Shown here: positions 19,527 through 28,858 of the stretch, one piece after another
How the letters are laid out: every line of letters begins with the position of its first letter
How positions within the stretch are numbered: the first letter of the stretch is position 1
IMG/VR virus record: IMGVR_UViG_3300037067_011079
Span: 781 to 64,780 of that record
Reading direction: 5' to 3' (one strand)
DNA length: 64,000 nucleotides
Source: a virus
Lineage: Duplodnaviria > Caudoviricetes
Made by a program: the position numbers and the translations under genes
The notes under the pieces: model-generated
The model's input: only the letters and a program-made list of their open reading frames with translations
What the model was told of the DNA's origin: nothing
Databases searched by the model: none

Positions 19527-20074
19527 ATGATAGACGATGAATTCGTTAAGGTGCATGGATGCACCACAAGAGCAAATTGGAATATCGAATTGTGTCTGGG
19601 TTGCATGTATCGCATTGATTGCCCGCGAGTATGGAATCCAGATTTCAGAGCATTCCACGGGTTGGGGGCATGAGTGACAGATTACTTAGACGAATGCTCT
19701 CCACGTGGCTGCAACAGCTCTGCATGTGGATGATCTGACATGAAGCCATTCACCATCGAAGGCATGACCCTCCGGCCATGCTATGATGACTGCCTGGAGG
19801 AGTATCGCGGCTGTCTGGACGAGTCAGGAGAATTTGAGGCATGCGATAATTGCAGGCTTAGGGCGAAATGTCCGATAAATGGAGATGAGGACGAATGAAG
19901 AAATTATGCCCGCTATGGGCAGCATCCGCCGCGATAGAGAAATCAATCGGTCCGTGTGAGTGCATCAACGATGAATGTCAAATGTGGTGCAAAGAAGAAA
20001 TATATCCAGGAAGTGGAAACGCCAAGTATCGCGCCGGATGTGGCTTAATGCCCAAGGAGAACAGGGCAATCTAA
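19527..20074 (+). CDS. Three overlapping Cys-rich microproteins (19527-19673, 19740-19898, 19895-20074)
   Basis: Read by hand: CLGCMYRIDCP; CDNCRLRAKCP; KLCPL..CINDECQMWC; ATGA coupling. Confidence 0.55.
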
Positions 20075-20189
20075 ATTCATTTCCTCTTTTCCGCCAGCAC
20101 CTCATTGCAAATCGCGATCATCTGCTCCAAATCTTCAGGCGGCCAATCTCGCATGACCGCCCTGAAATCCATATCACAAAATCTCATGA

Positions 20190-21020
20190 TCATCCGTACA
20201 ATTTGCCGATCCCGGCCTGGTCCCCGGTGCCAAGCGATCTTGTCACTTTTAGGTAGTATCCGTACATTGCTTGGCCAGAGTCAGTGTTGCTATACAGATC
20301 TCCTAGCCCTAACGTGTGCCCCAACTCATGCAAGGCTATGGTCTCTACATCTGCACCAACTGTGCCCTCTGTCCGCCATGCATAATTCGTGTTAAACACC
20401 AGGTCGGAGTCTACGGTGGTTTTGTATCCATCCACCAGGGTACTCTTATACCAGGATCTGGAATATGCGATGCATCGGTTCAGGAAGGGCTTCCAGTTGA
20501 TGGTATTGATCTTGTTGTAGCTGTCGGTTGCGATGGCCGAGCTTGATGTGATCAGGCCGCTATCTGCGAATAGGTTCTGGGGGGCGGCAGTATCCCATGT
20601 CTGGGTGGCATTGTATATGGCCGACTGTACCTTTCCGGCGGCAAGCCCCTCTCCCGCCAGGTATGCATCAGTCTTCAGCACAAATTTAAGCTGAGGATCG
20701 CGCGCGTTCCATCGCTTGCCAGTGAGGACATAGGCAGTCGCTACATCTTCGCGAGCTGTAACCTTTGTCAGGCCATTCGAGGCAGTGACCTTGAAGCCCC
20801 GGACCTTCCCCGGAACATTGATGGATACATCGACACCTATTTTTTCTTTTGCAAGTACCTTGGCCTCATCTCGCGAGAGTATGATGGTGCCTTGATATTT
20901 CAGATCTCTCTGCGATATGCTTAGATCATTCTTGTGCGGGGTATCCGCCGGAATCATGTAGTTGGCGGAGGCAAGTGAGCAAATCAAAAATAGGGCTAAC
21001 GCCCATGCTATATATTTCAT
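20190..21020 (-). CDS. Secreted zinc metalloprotease (matrixin/M10-like)
   Basis: Signal peptide MKYIAWALALFLICSLASA; HELGHTLGLGD zincin motif; Met-turn AMYG. Confidence 0.85.
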   Translation of the reverse strand: MKYIAWALALFLICSLASANYMIPADTPHKNDLSISQRDLKYQGTIILSRDEAKVLAKEKIGVDVSINVPGKVRGFKVTASNGLTKVTAREDVATAYVLTGKRWNARDPQLKFVLKTDAYLAGEGLAAGKVQSAIYNATQTWDTAAPQNLFADSGLITSSSAIATDSYNKINTINWKPFLNRCIAYSRSWYKSTLVDGYKTTVDSDLVFNTNYAWRTEGTVGADVETIALHELGHTLGLGDLYSNTDSGQAMYGYYLKVTRSLGTGDQAGIGKLYG

Positions 21021-21033
21021 AGAATAACCTCTA

Positions 21034-21294
21034 TTATTTTGCGCCGCCAATCACTATCCAGCCCCATCCCATGAGCAGACACAGTACCGCAAACGCCCCT
21101 GCCCCGACCCATCTTGCCTTTTCCAGACTCGATACCCTGGCGGGCAAATCCTGATGAGCTTTACAGTTGCTTTGCAAGTTCGCAATTTCGATTGCAGCGG
21201 AGTCCTTGAAGGCACAGAATGACTTTACTTTTTCTTGAATGTACTCCAATCGCACATCCATCCTGGACAGTAAATCATGCTCTTCCGGTGTCAG
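21034..21294 (-). CDS. Coiled-coil protein with a C-terminal transmembrane helix (holin/XhlA-like); probable CTG start
   Basis: RVSSLEKARWVGAGAFAVLCLLMGWGWIVIG; GGAGG 7 nt before CTG at 21294. Confidence 0.6.
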   Translation of the reverse strand: MTPEEHDLLSRMDVRLEYIQEKVKSFCAFKDSAAIEIANLQSNCKAHQDLPARVSSLEKARWVGAGAFAVLCLLMGWGWIVIGGAK

Positions 21295-21389
21295 GGTCGC
21301 GCCTCCGAGGAAATGATATAAATATGATAGCAGTTATAAGTAGAACCGGCGCGGCGGCTAGATGGTAAGGTCATCATGTCGTTTGCGCC

Positions 21390-21692
21390 TCAAAGTTTTG
21401 CAGTGGTGTTATAGGTTATCTGGTTAGGCCGGACCAAATGGTCAAACCAATGCAGCCTAGGAGCTTCATCTGTCATCGTGTAGGGCCTTTCTTCCAGCCT
21501 CTTGACCTTTTCTTTCAGCCCCGCAATCTCATCTCTCTGGTCTTCTAGGCATCCTCGGAGTGCATCGAAGTCTTTCATGAGGGCCAAGATCATTTCGGCA
21601 TTATCGCATTCTGAGTCATCCTCTTCAAAGAACTCTTCCAACGCGGCAAGCGATGCTTGCTTGATATCGGAATTTGTAATTATAACGCACAT
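21390..21692 (-). CDS. Hypothetical acidic/coiled-coil protein
   Basis: ORF track. Confidence 0.55.
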   Translation of the reverse strand: MCVIITNSDIKQASLAALEEFFEEDDSECDNAEMILALMKDFDALRGCLEDQRDEIAGLKEKVKRLEERPYTMTDEAPRLHWFDHLVRPNQITYNTTAKL

Positions 21693-21694
21693 GT

Positions 21695-21859
21695 TCAAGC
21701 CTCTGTAACTGTTTGATGGCTGCCGAAATAGAAGCCGATCACGAGACCCACGACCTCAGTAGGAATGGCCGCGCCAAGTGCCCATGCCCCGATAACAGAC
21801 ATTGCCAAAAGGAACCGCTTGCTGATGAGTTCCTTCTCTACATAGGGAGTAATATCCAT
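21695..21859 (-). CDS. 54 aa two-TM holin-like protein
   Basis: Read by hand: MDITPYVEKELISKRFLLAMSVIGAWALGAAIPTEVVGLVIGFYFGSHQ; the IGFYFGS motif is typical of small holins. Confidence 0.65.
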   Translation of the reverse strand: MDITPYVEKELISKRFLLAMSVIGAWALGAAIPTEVVGLVIGFYFGSHQTVTEA

Positions 21860-22135
21860 CTATACCGGCCTCGGTGCCATGCCGACATAGGCGTGCTTAG
21901 TCGCATTGCCAATTGGCTTGCCATCGGCTGCATTGTCTCTCAGGACGCTTGCCTGAGAAGGAGTGACACTATAAGCAGTAGGATCAAAAGCCCAACCGTC
22001 TTGAAAGTAGCCCACCTCAAAAACGCTTGCATTGGTCCCGGACAGTCTGGTTACACCGTCAACTTTTACGAAGTCTTGTCCAAAAGCGATACCTGTAAGT
22101 GCTATGATTGTTAACATGATAATTGACAGTCTCAT
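21860..22135 (-). CDS. Small secreted protein
   Basis: Signal peptide MRLSIIMLTIIALTGIAFG. Confidence 0.65.
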   Translation of the reverse strand: MRLSIIMLTIIALTGIAFGQDFVKVDGVTRLSGTNASVFEVGYFQDGWAFDPTAYSVTPSQASVLRDNAADGKPIGNATKHAYVGMAPRPV

Positions 22136-22144
22136 CTAGTCACC

Positions 22145-22534
22145 TCACGGAATTTTAAACACTGTATTCCCTTGCCTAATCTGCTTAAGAGCTTCCAGCT
22201 CCAGGACATCCGAGCCAAAGGCGGCCTTCCATTCCCATCTATCCAGAAGGGTTCCGCCACCCGCCCTCTTTGCCACAAAGAACCGCTTGCCATAGGCGGT
22301 TACGATCTTGTCAAAAGAGTTTTCATTTATCTGGCAACCTATAATTTTATCCTCGGGCTTCAGATCGGCCCCCTTCACTTCCCGGAATCCAGCCTCTTCT
22401 TCCACGTCTAGGATCTCCCACCGTCTAACCAGATCCATTGCTCGGAAATTTGGGATAGTAGTTATCTCACCCACCGGAAGGTCTGCCTCAGTGCCGTTCC
22501 AGGGGATACATTCAAGCCATTCATTTTCAGCCAT
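22145..22534 (-). CDS. Hypothetical protein
   Basis: ORF track; natural amino-acid composition. Confidence 0.65.
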   Translation of the reverse strand: MAENEWLECIPWNGTEADLPVGEITTIPNFRAMDLVRRWEILDVEEEAGFREVKGADLKPEDKIIGCQINENSFDKIVTAYGKRFFVAKRAGGGTLLDRWEWKAAFGSDVLELEALKQIRQGNTVFKIP

Positions 22535-22595
22535 TAAGCATCAAGCCACCAATGTGTTACGGGATCTATCTTATTATTCATATTATAATAAAAAT

Positions 22596-22865
22596 TTATG
22601 AGGACTTGATGTCCTCATCTTGATCTCCGATAGCAGCCAAAACCGGCGTATCGGTTGCTGGCTTATCAAGCAGCGGCATAACCTGCTCTTCCAGGATGGC
22701 CTTGGCCCTGGCGGAATCGAATTTCAGGAAGCCCGCGCCAAAATGCCGGGAATTGCTGGTTATCAGTTCGCCCATAACTAGCTCAAAAAGTTCTCCGAGA
22801 TAGTTGATGGTATTGTTCTTTACCTTCGGGAAATCCGTAGGTACTGGTATCGAAATTTCAGTCAT
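22596..22865 (-). CDS. Hypothetical protein
   Basis: ORF track; GGTGAG SD. Confidence 0.6.
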   Translation of the reverse strand: MTEISIPVPTDFPKVKNNTINYLGELFELVMGELITSNSRHFGAGFLKFDSARAKAILEEQVMPLLDKPATDTPVLAAIGDQDEDIKSS

Positions 22866-22983
22866 ATCTACTCACCTATTCATGTGGCCCTCGGGCGGGC
22901 GTTCCTTCCCGCATTCATGGGGCAATTATTGCAAAAATAATCGGTAGCGGTCCGAAGGTGGCCCGCGCAGGCGATATAAGAAA

Positions 22984-23358
22984 TCATGCCCCCGTCCAAG
23001 TGCCTCTTAGAACAACCGCCAGATGGTTTGTCGTGTCCAGCGGAACCAAACGCACCCATCCGTATTGTGTGACAGTGGAGATCTGATCGTATGCGGTACC
23101 GTTGCAAATTATCTTTTTTCCCGATGCAGCTTTGACGATTTGAATATGATTGTACCGATTAATTACCTCTCTGGCAGTGGTATTCAGGCCCGGATCGCTT
23201 AGAGTAATCGTTTGGGACCAAGAAGCATGACCGCCCCGGATAATTTCAGGAGAGGAAGCTGTAAGCGTGATGTTGTTTTCGGTGCTCCAGTAACCCGTGA
23301 ACGCCGAAGCCGATCCAATCAATATCAATACAAGCAAAAATATAATTTTAGATTGCAT
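22984..23358 (-). CDS. Secreted beta-rich protein
   Basis: Signal peptide MQSKIIFLLVLILIGSASA. Confidence 0.65.
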   Translation of the reverse strand: MQSKIIFLLVLILIGSASAFTGYWSTENNITLTASSPEIIRGGHASWSQTITLSDPGLNTTAREVINRYNHIQIVKAASGKKIICNGTAYDQISTVTQYGWVRLVPLDTTNHLAVVLRGTWTGA

Positions 23359-24886
23359 AAGCACTCCTCGCAAACCAGTAGAATGTCACTCCGGCATCCA
23401 CAGTTGCTAAAATGTTCTTGCTGCTAACCGGCACGCCCCGCCGCTCTCCGGTGGCTGGGATGAAAATATACGCATCCGAAAGATCCCAATATAGGCCGGA
23501 TGCGATAGTCTGCTCTGCGCCGGTCCCAACAGAACTGCCTGCATTCTTCGCCTTATAGGTGCAATCTTCGAATTTATTTCCAGTCCCGTATGTGGGATTT
23601 ACCAGAGATGTGAAAGTACACCTTCTGAATCGATTATTTGTGGTTGCCTCGTAGAGGGCAGAGTTTGAAAACGCACAATCCTCAAATACTGTATCAATTC
23701 CCTGCAATCTAGTGGATCGGATGCCCCATGTGCCGATGGCAGAGAAGTTCTTCACCCTGCCACCAGTGCCAGCAACATCGAGTCCGTAAGTGGCCGGAGA
23801 AGACGCAGCAGGAGTTATGATAACGTCAAACAATTTTCCCGTACCGCCTAATCTAATCGCGTATGTGTTTACGCAGTTCAATATTTCAGAATGCTCCAAT
23901 GATCCGTCGATATTGAACATAGCCGATATGGTACCGGGGCTTATGACGGGATTATTTACAAAGATTTTAGTGGCATGTGTCGAAGTTGGGACGGTATTCC
24001 AACCACAAGCGTCTTCGCGTATCGTATCCCATGAAATGTTGACACTTTTGCCCGTAGCACACCCTATTCCTGCTTCACAGGCATACAATTCTATATTTTT
24101 GAAGTGGACATCTTCGCAGGGCGTTTCTGTGTCAGTATGGTTATGGACATCGAGCGCGGGGATCGGAGATGCTGCCGGCCCAATGTTCTTTAATATACCA
24201 TTTGAGATCCATGCGCCTTTGACCCCATTCTGTACCTCGATGCCCCGGCAGACAGTATCGATATCGAACCCGTCAACACGAACGTTTGTCGCACCGTTGC
24301 CGATGTAAATAGCATCAGTATAATATCCTGCACCGGGATAGGCATTTGCTATTTTTATATCTCTTAGAACTATGTTATTAATTGCGCCACCGACGCGAAA
24401 TCCAGCGACGGTTCCAAATCCGCCAGCAACGCCTATTCGTTCTGCGAATGAATCCGATGCCATCCAGATAGACCGCTCGAACCCGGATGATGGGCAAGAT
24501 ATTGAAAAATCAGATAGGTATGAGCCTGTGCCAGCCTGTATAGATCGACCAGTCGGAGAAGCTTCAGCGATCCCGGACATATCGAAGACTGTAATATCTC
24601 GGCCAAGACCGACCATGCCAACTTTCGCAGAAAGTGCAATATAAGTTTGTGGTGCGATGGATCTAGCAGCGATTTTTATTATCCCGCCGCCAAGGCCGTT
24701 AAGATAGGTGTTGGCAGCGAATATGACCGCGCTTTCGTTTGCCCCGACATCCCCATATGCTCCTGATATACGCTTTCCTCGATAGTTCTCTGCGTATATT
24801 TTCCCGCCCGCGCCCTCTGAAAATAGTGTAGCAACTGATTCATGTCGCTTAATGGCCGGGGGCGAAGATTGCGCCATTACGTCCAC
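23348..24886 (-). CDS. Right-handed beta-helix (pectin lyase-like) protein
   Basis: GGGIIKI...YI.L...V.MVGLG N-terminal motif; repeated beta-helix rungs (NVRVDGFDI, VHFKNIEL, NRFRRCTF). Confidence 0.7.
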   Translation of the reverse strand: MDVMAQSSPPAIKRHESVATLFSEGAGGKIYAENYRGKRISGAYGDVGANESAVIFAANTYLNGLGGGIIKIAARSIAPQTYIALSAKVGMVGLGRDITVFDMSGIAEASPTGRSIQAGTGSYLSDFSISCPSSGFERSIWMASDSFAERIGVAGGFGTVAGFRVGGAINNIVLRDIKIANAYPGAGYYTDAIYIGNGATNVRVDGFDIDTVCRGIEVQNGVKGAWISNGILKNIGPAASPIPALDVHNHTDTETPCEDVHFKNIELYACEAGIGCATGKSVNISWDTIREDACGWNTVPTSTHATKIFVNNPVISPGTISAMFNIDGSLEHSEILNCVNTYAIRLGGTGKLFDVIITPAASSPATYGLDVAGTGGRVKNFSAIGTWGIRSTRLQGIDTVFEDCAFSNSALYEATTNNRFRRCTFTSLVNPTYGTGNKFEDCTYKAKNAGSSVGTGAEQTIASGLYWDLSDAYIFIPATGERRGVPVSSKNILATVDAGVTFYWFARSAYAI

Positions 24887-25488
24887 ATCTCCAGAAGCAC
24901 AATGTCGCCCGCTGTTATGCCCGCGACATAGAGCGTTTCGCTGGTCAGAAGCAGATTGCTTTCGGAGTAGACCGACCCGCCATCCAAAAGCATAAATGGC
25001 AATGTGGAATCATGAACTTTGTCAGTTTCAAAAGCGTATCGAATGTCGCTGCCTGCATTTATCTTCGTAGAATCAACGCACCGGAAAGTTAGGGTCTTGC
25101 AGTTTGCGGGAAGTGCTTTGCTGTATTCGGTATTTGCAAGAGTCAGCGTTATGCTGTCCATCGTCACAGTGCCCGCCGGGGTTGCCCCCTCCACAGCCGT
25201 CTTGATGCTTGACAGGCTCGCGTTTCCGGTGTCTTGCTTTGCTTCCGTCGCTGGCGCTGCTATGAGCTTTGCCAGGATCGCTTGCTCTGCCGTGATCTGA
25301 GTATCTTGCTTGGCGGATGTGGCTGCGCCAGTTGGCAATGCAGATGATGCTGTGCTCACCACCAATGTTCCCGTGCCATCTCCATTATCCGTTACCAGCA
25401 ACGGCTTTAATGCCGCCTTCGCTGCTGTATATCCATATTGAACGAATGCGCCTATAGCATTTCCCCAAATCTTTTCGCCTAATACCAT
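24877..25488 (-). CDS. Probable virion structural protein
   Basis: ATSAKQD/ATEAKQD repeats; position in the head-tail cluster. Confidence 0.5.
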   Translation of the reverse strand: MVLGEKIWGNAIGAFVQYGYTAAKAALKPLLVTDNGDGTGTLVVSTASSALPTGAATSAKQDTQITAEQAILAKLIAAPATEAKQDTGNASLSSIKTAVEGATPAGTVTMDSITLTLANTEYSKALPANCKTLTFRCVDSTKINAGSDIRYAFETDKVHDSTLPFMLLDGGSVYSESNLLLTSETLYVAGITAGDIVLLEMWT

Positions 25489-25521
25489 ATGTTCATCTCC
25501 GCTGCCATTTCAGCCGGTAAT

Positions 25522-26067
25522 CTATGCTAAATAAGTGTAAAAGTCGGATTCTTGACCCAAATCCGGGTTATCTTCAGCATTTTGAATTCTATAATCTCGT
25601 GCACCTTTGCGAACGATGTCGCCAATTTGCAATTCAGTTGTGCTAAGGATCAGGCTATTAGTTTTTGTCCAGACGCCCTGCGAATTGTAAAAACCGCTAT
25701 TGTAGGCCTCGATCCTGGTATTAATTGCGGTAAGTGTTTCGGCCACAACATCCGCACCGCCCACATCGATGACAGTAATATGGCAATGACAATCCAGACC
25801 AGAGCTGGTTATAACCGGGGTTGCTGTCAAGCTTACTGTGGTCTGCTTAGTTCCGGCCTGAATAAATGTTAGCGTCTCGCTGCCTATTGTCATCGTTCCG
25901 GCGCAATCGGTATGTCCGATTGCAGATGAGATAGTAACCTTGCATCGACCAGTGACACCATCCGGCCATGCTCCAATAGTGGGCGAGGCCACCATCACAC
26001 CATAGAAAAGAGATACAGCCGCCTTAGTTACCTTGTAGGCCCCCGCAGCTAGATAATCCTCGATCAT
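25522..26067 (-). CDS. Probable head closure protein
   Basis: Follows the connector; C-terminal IGDIV...DYRIQ pattern. Confidence 0.5.
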   Translation of the reverse strand: MIEDYLAAGAYKVTKAAVSLFYGVMVASPTIGAWPDGVTGRCKVTISSAIGHTDCAGTMTIGSETLTFIQAGTKQTTVSLTATPVITSSGLDCHCHITVIDVGGADVVAETLTAINTRIEAYNSGFYNSQGVWTKTNSLILSTTELQIGDIVRKGARDYRIQNAEDNPDLGQESDFYTYLA

Positions 26068-26597
26068 GGCATTGGCCGCACTGCCCCGGCGATGTATTGT
26101 TTCATGAGGTCGTAAGCTTCCTGGCTATGCAGGCCCTTCCATTTGGCCGATGTGCTAACATTCCCATAGCTTTCTGACAGTTTGCCTATGGAAAAGCTCT
26201 TCACGCCTTGGTTTTGCAGCTTCCTCCGCTTCTGATCGCCTGGAGAAGACACATAAAAGTCATAGAGAGCTATGGCTTCTTCCAGACATGCCTTCTTGAC
26301 ATCTTCGGGAACGATGGCGGTACTTGTCGAATCATCCCAGTCGTGGGCATAGCCGTTAATGACCCTCGGAAACATCAGGGCTTGCTCATCGGTGGATGGT
26401 GATGTCTTGTCGATGTAATTATAGGTAGATCCTTTCAAGGGCAAGGCATCGATCAGCAAAGTGGCCTTCTGCAAGTACCATGTTTGACTTGCATCAGACG
26501 CGGCAAGTAAAGCGATTGCAGCAGACCTAGGATCAGATGTAAGCCTCGTCTCTAAATCAGCAATCGTTGTAATGTATGAATCGCTTACATCCACCAT
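26064..26597 (-). CDS. Head-tail connector/adaptor
   Basis: YIT.AD...LQKAT..ID...QALMFPR...VPEDVKKAC.EEA; VKSFSIGKLSESY. Confidence 0.75.
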   Translation of the reverse strand: MVDVSDSYITTIADLETRLTSDPRSAAIALLAASDASQTWYLQKATLLIDALPLKGSTYNYIDKTSPSTDEQALMFPRVINGYAHDWDDSTSTAIVPEDVKKACLEEAIALYDFYVSSPGDQKRRKLQNQGVKSFSIGKLSESYGNVSTSAKWKGLHSQEAYDLMKQYIAGAVRPMP

Positions 26598-26600
26598 ACC

Positions 26601-26753
26601 CTACTCCTTCTTTCGCTTTTTTGCGGGCTTGGCTGCATCGGCCAAAGATCGCTCAATCATTATATTGCCAGTAGAATCAGGAACCGTGAGGCGTGTTCCT
26701 ATCTCTAGGCGAACCGTGCCTAATACCATAGGGCGCTTAGTAATTATTTCCAT
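26601..26753 (-). CDS. Small basic protein typical of post-capsid genes
   Basis: IGTRLTVPD...MIERSLA, Lys-rich tail. Confidence 0.5.
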   Translation of the reverse strand: MEIITKRPMVLGTVRLEIGTRLTVPDSTGNIMIERSLADAAKPAKKRKKE

Positions 26754-26757
26754 GTTA

Positions 26758-27180
26758 TTATATTTTCTTGGCCGGATTTCCGGCAATTGTACAATGCCCT
26801 TCCGGGAAGCTGTGAGTCACAACAGAACCGGCCCCCACAATCGTATGATCGCCCAGTGTCACGCCCGGCAGGATCACTGCATTCATGCCTATCCAACAGT
26901 TGTCGCCTATGTAGACATCTTCAGGCGGCAAATGGTTAGACGGGTTCGCTGGATCGTGATTTATGGCTATTATTCCCGCGTTTGGGGCGATGTAACAGCC
27001 CTGCCCAATGTGGATATGTGGCGTGTCTTGGATGTAAACACCGGGTGACCAGATGTGTGAATGATCTTTGCAATCAATTTTCGATATGTGGCGACCAAAT
27101 TTCACCAAGATCGTCGGCCATCCAGGAAAACTCCTCATCTGATGGAAGAAAAAACTTCTCAAAGAGCCAATCAAGAACAA
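26758..27180 (-). CDS. Hexapeptide-repeat (left-handed beta-helix) acyltransferase, sugar O-acetyltransferase-like
   Basis: IHIGQGCYIAPN; VYIGDNCWIGMNAVILPGVTLGDHTIVGAGSVVT..AGNPAK. Confidence 0.9.
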   Translation of the reverse strand: MFLIGSLRSFFFHQMRSFPGWPTILVKFGRHISKIDCKDHSHIWSPGVYIQDTPHIHIGQGCYIAPNAGIIAINHDPANPSNHLPPEDVYIGDNCWIGMNAVILPGVTLGDHTIVGAGSVVTHSFPEGHCTIAGNPAKKI

Positions 27181-27441
27181 TCATCTCTGCCGCCTCAGCG
27201 CGTTCCATTCAGGGTTCAGCTTGCTATTGAATTCAAGTTCAGACGGTAAGAAATATTTATACCAAATTATAGTTATCGAAGTTATTGCAACAAATCCAAT
27301 CGCTAAACAGATTGCAGCGAGCCATTTAACCTCTGATGTCTTCCAAAATATATATGCTATCATCGGGCCGTTGATGAGCAGGCCATAAAATATCATTGCC
27401 TGTTGTGCAAGCATTTTCAGCTTAATTATTTTTAGCTTCAT
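27181..27441 (-). CDS. Two-TM membrane protein
   Basis: Two hydrophobic segments; abuts the acyltransferase gene. Confidence 0.6.
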   Translation of the reverse strand: MKLKIIKLKMLAQQAMIFYGLLINGPMIAYIFWKTSEVKWLAAICLAIGFVAITSITIIWYKYFLPSELEFNSKLNPEWNALRRQR

Positions 27442-27457
27442 AAAAAGGTAGGCGGGC

Positions 27458-28822
27458 CTATGCGTGGCCGCCCCATGTTCCTATGCTATTCAGTTCATAC
27501 CAGGAAGTGCCATCGCAGATGACCGCCAGGAGCGTGCCAACTGCATCAGTTGTTGCCTGAATTGCCGTGCCATCCACGGTTTCCGCGCCTTCGCCATCAA
27601 CCCTAACATAGTTAGCGCCTAGATCGGTGGTCACCAAGAACGTGATGATCCTACCAGTATTATCGACAGCCGTGGGCAATGTGTATGTCTGATTGCCCGG
27701 CTCAGTAGAATTGCCACAGAACCAGAAGTCAGGATCGGTGTCAGTGATAGTGATATTGGTCGCGGATGTGTTAGTCCTGTGCTCAGTCTCGCCGACTGTA
27801 AATGTCTTGCCGGCATCGATAGACGTAGAACCCTTGAGCGCGACCGCGCCGGTGCCCGTGGTGAAGGTCTTAGCGCCGCTTATTGTGGTATCGCCGCTCA
27901 AGGTATTTGCGCCAGTCGGAGTTGTGAATATACCTGACGACAGGCTATAATCTATATCGGACGCCCCGCCAATCGCTACCAGATCGGACGCGCTGGACGG
28001 CGAAGCCGTGCCAGACCAGGTATAACCGTCATCAAATTGCGGGTTGCCCTTAATTGTCATATAGTTGCCGGATGTCAGCCACTGGATATATCCGGTCCCA
28101 GCCGTGTTAAATATGAGCTTCTTGTTTTGGGTCAGGCTCACATTTTCAAAGGTGGCATCGCCGTTGGTATCGAGCGTGGTATTGATTGTCAGGCTCGCTA
28201 TGGTGCTTGCCTCATCGATTCTTGCCGCACCATCGACCACCAGATTATCAGTGACAGTTGCATCGTCCGACGCCGTTAGGTTAGCGCCAGCCACGGTGCC
28301 CGATCCGGTGATGTCGGTTCCGCCGATGGTCGAATTGCAAGAAATCACATTGACAGTCAGGGTTTCGTCAATTCTCGCGCCGCCGTCAACGGTCAGATCA
28401 TCGGTTATGATTGCGTCATCGGATGCTGTTACATCAGATGCGGCAACGGTTGTGTTGCTCACAACATCATTGGCGGTGAGCGTCCCATATACCAGAGCGT
28501 CATCGGTGCTGGTAAGCTGCTCTCCTTGGATGGTCCCGGTGGCGGTTACTGAAGTGGCTGATATTGCCCCGCCCGTGAACCCTGCCCCCAATGTCACCGC
28601 TTCTTCCAGATAGATTGGCGTATTATTGACGTAGATCTTATCTTCCGAAGAATCGTAGCTTATCGCGGCATCCGCGCCAGTCCCAAAGAACATGTATTTG
28701 TCATCAACTAGCGTGATGTTATCGTAGTTGGTGACAGGGACATTTACTTTTTGCGGATACCATGCCGCGCTAGATGCCCCAATCACTATCAGGAGCACCA
28801 AGAGAATCATAGTTTTCTTCAT
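27458..28822 (-). CDS. Secreted fibre-like beta-helix repeat protein
   Basis: Signal peptide MKKTMILLVLLIVIGASSAA; tandem TASDDA..TD.L.VDG.ARIDE repeats; fibre-type C-terminus YTLPTA...ICDGTSWY. Confidence 0.65.
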   Translation of the reverse strand: MKKTMILLVLLIVIGASSAAWYPQKVNVPVTNYDNITLVDDKYMFFGTGADAAISYDSSEDKIYVNNTPIYLEEAVTLGAGFTGGAISATSVTATGTIQGEQLTSTDDALVYGTLTANDVVSNTTVAASDVTASDDAIITDDLTVDGGARIDETLTVNVISCNSTIGGTDITGSGTVAGANLTASDDATVTDNLVVDGAARIDEASTIASLTINTTLDTNGDATFENVSLTQNKKLIFNTAGTGYIQWLTSGNYMTIKGNPQFDDGYTWSGTASPSSASDLVAIGGASDIDYSLSSGIFTTPTGANTLSGDTTISGAKTFTTGTGAVALKGSTSIDAGKTFTVGETEHRTNTSATNITITDTDPDFWFCGNSTEPGNQTYTLPTAVDNTGRIITFLVTTDLGANYVRVDGEGAETVDGTAIQATTDAVGTLLAVICDGTSWYELNSIGTWGGHA

Positions 28823-28858
28823 GAATAATCTCCTAAAATGAGAATGCCGAAGCATTCT

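Noticed and set aside
21822-21860. CTGATGAG suggesting a hammerhead ribozyme
   Set aside because: The GAAA core is missing after the putative stem II, and the sequence is the antisense of the holin-like ORF.
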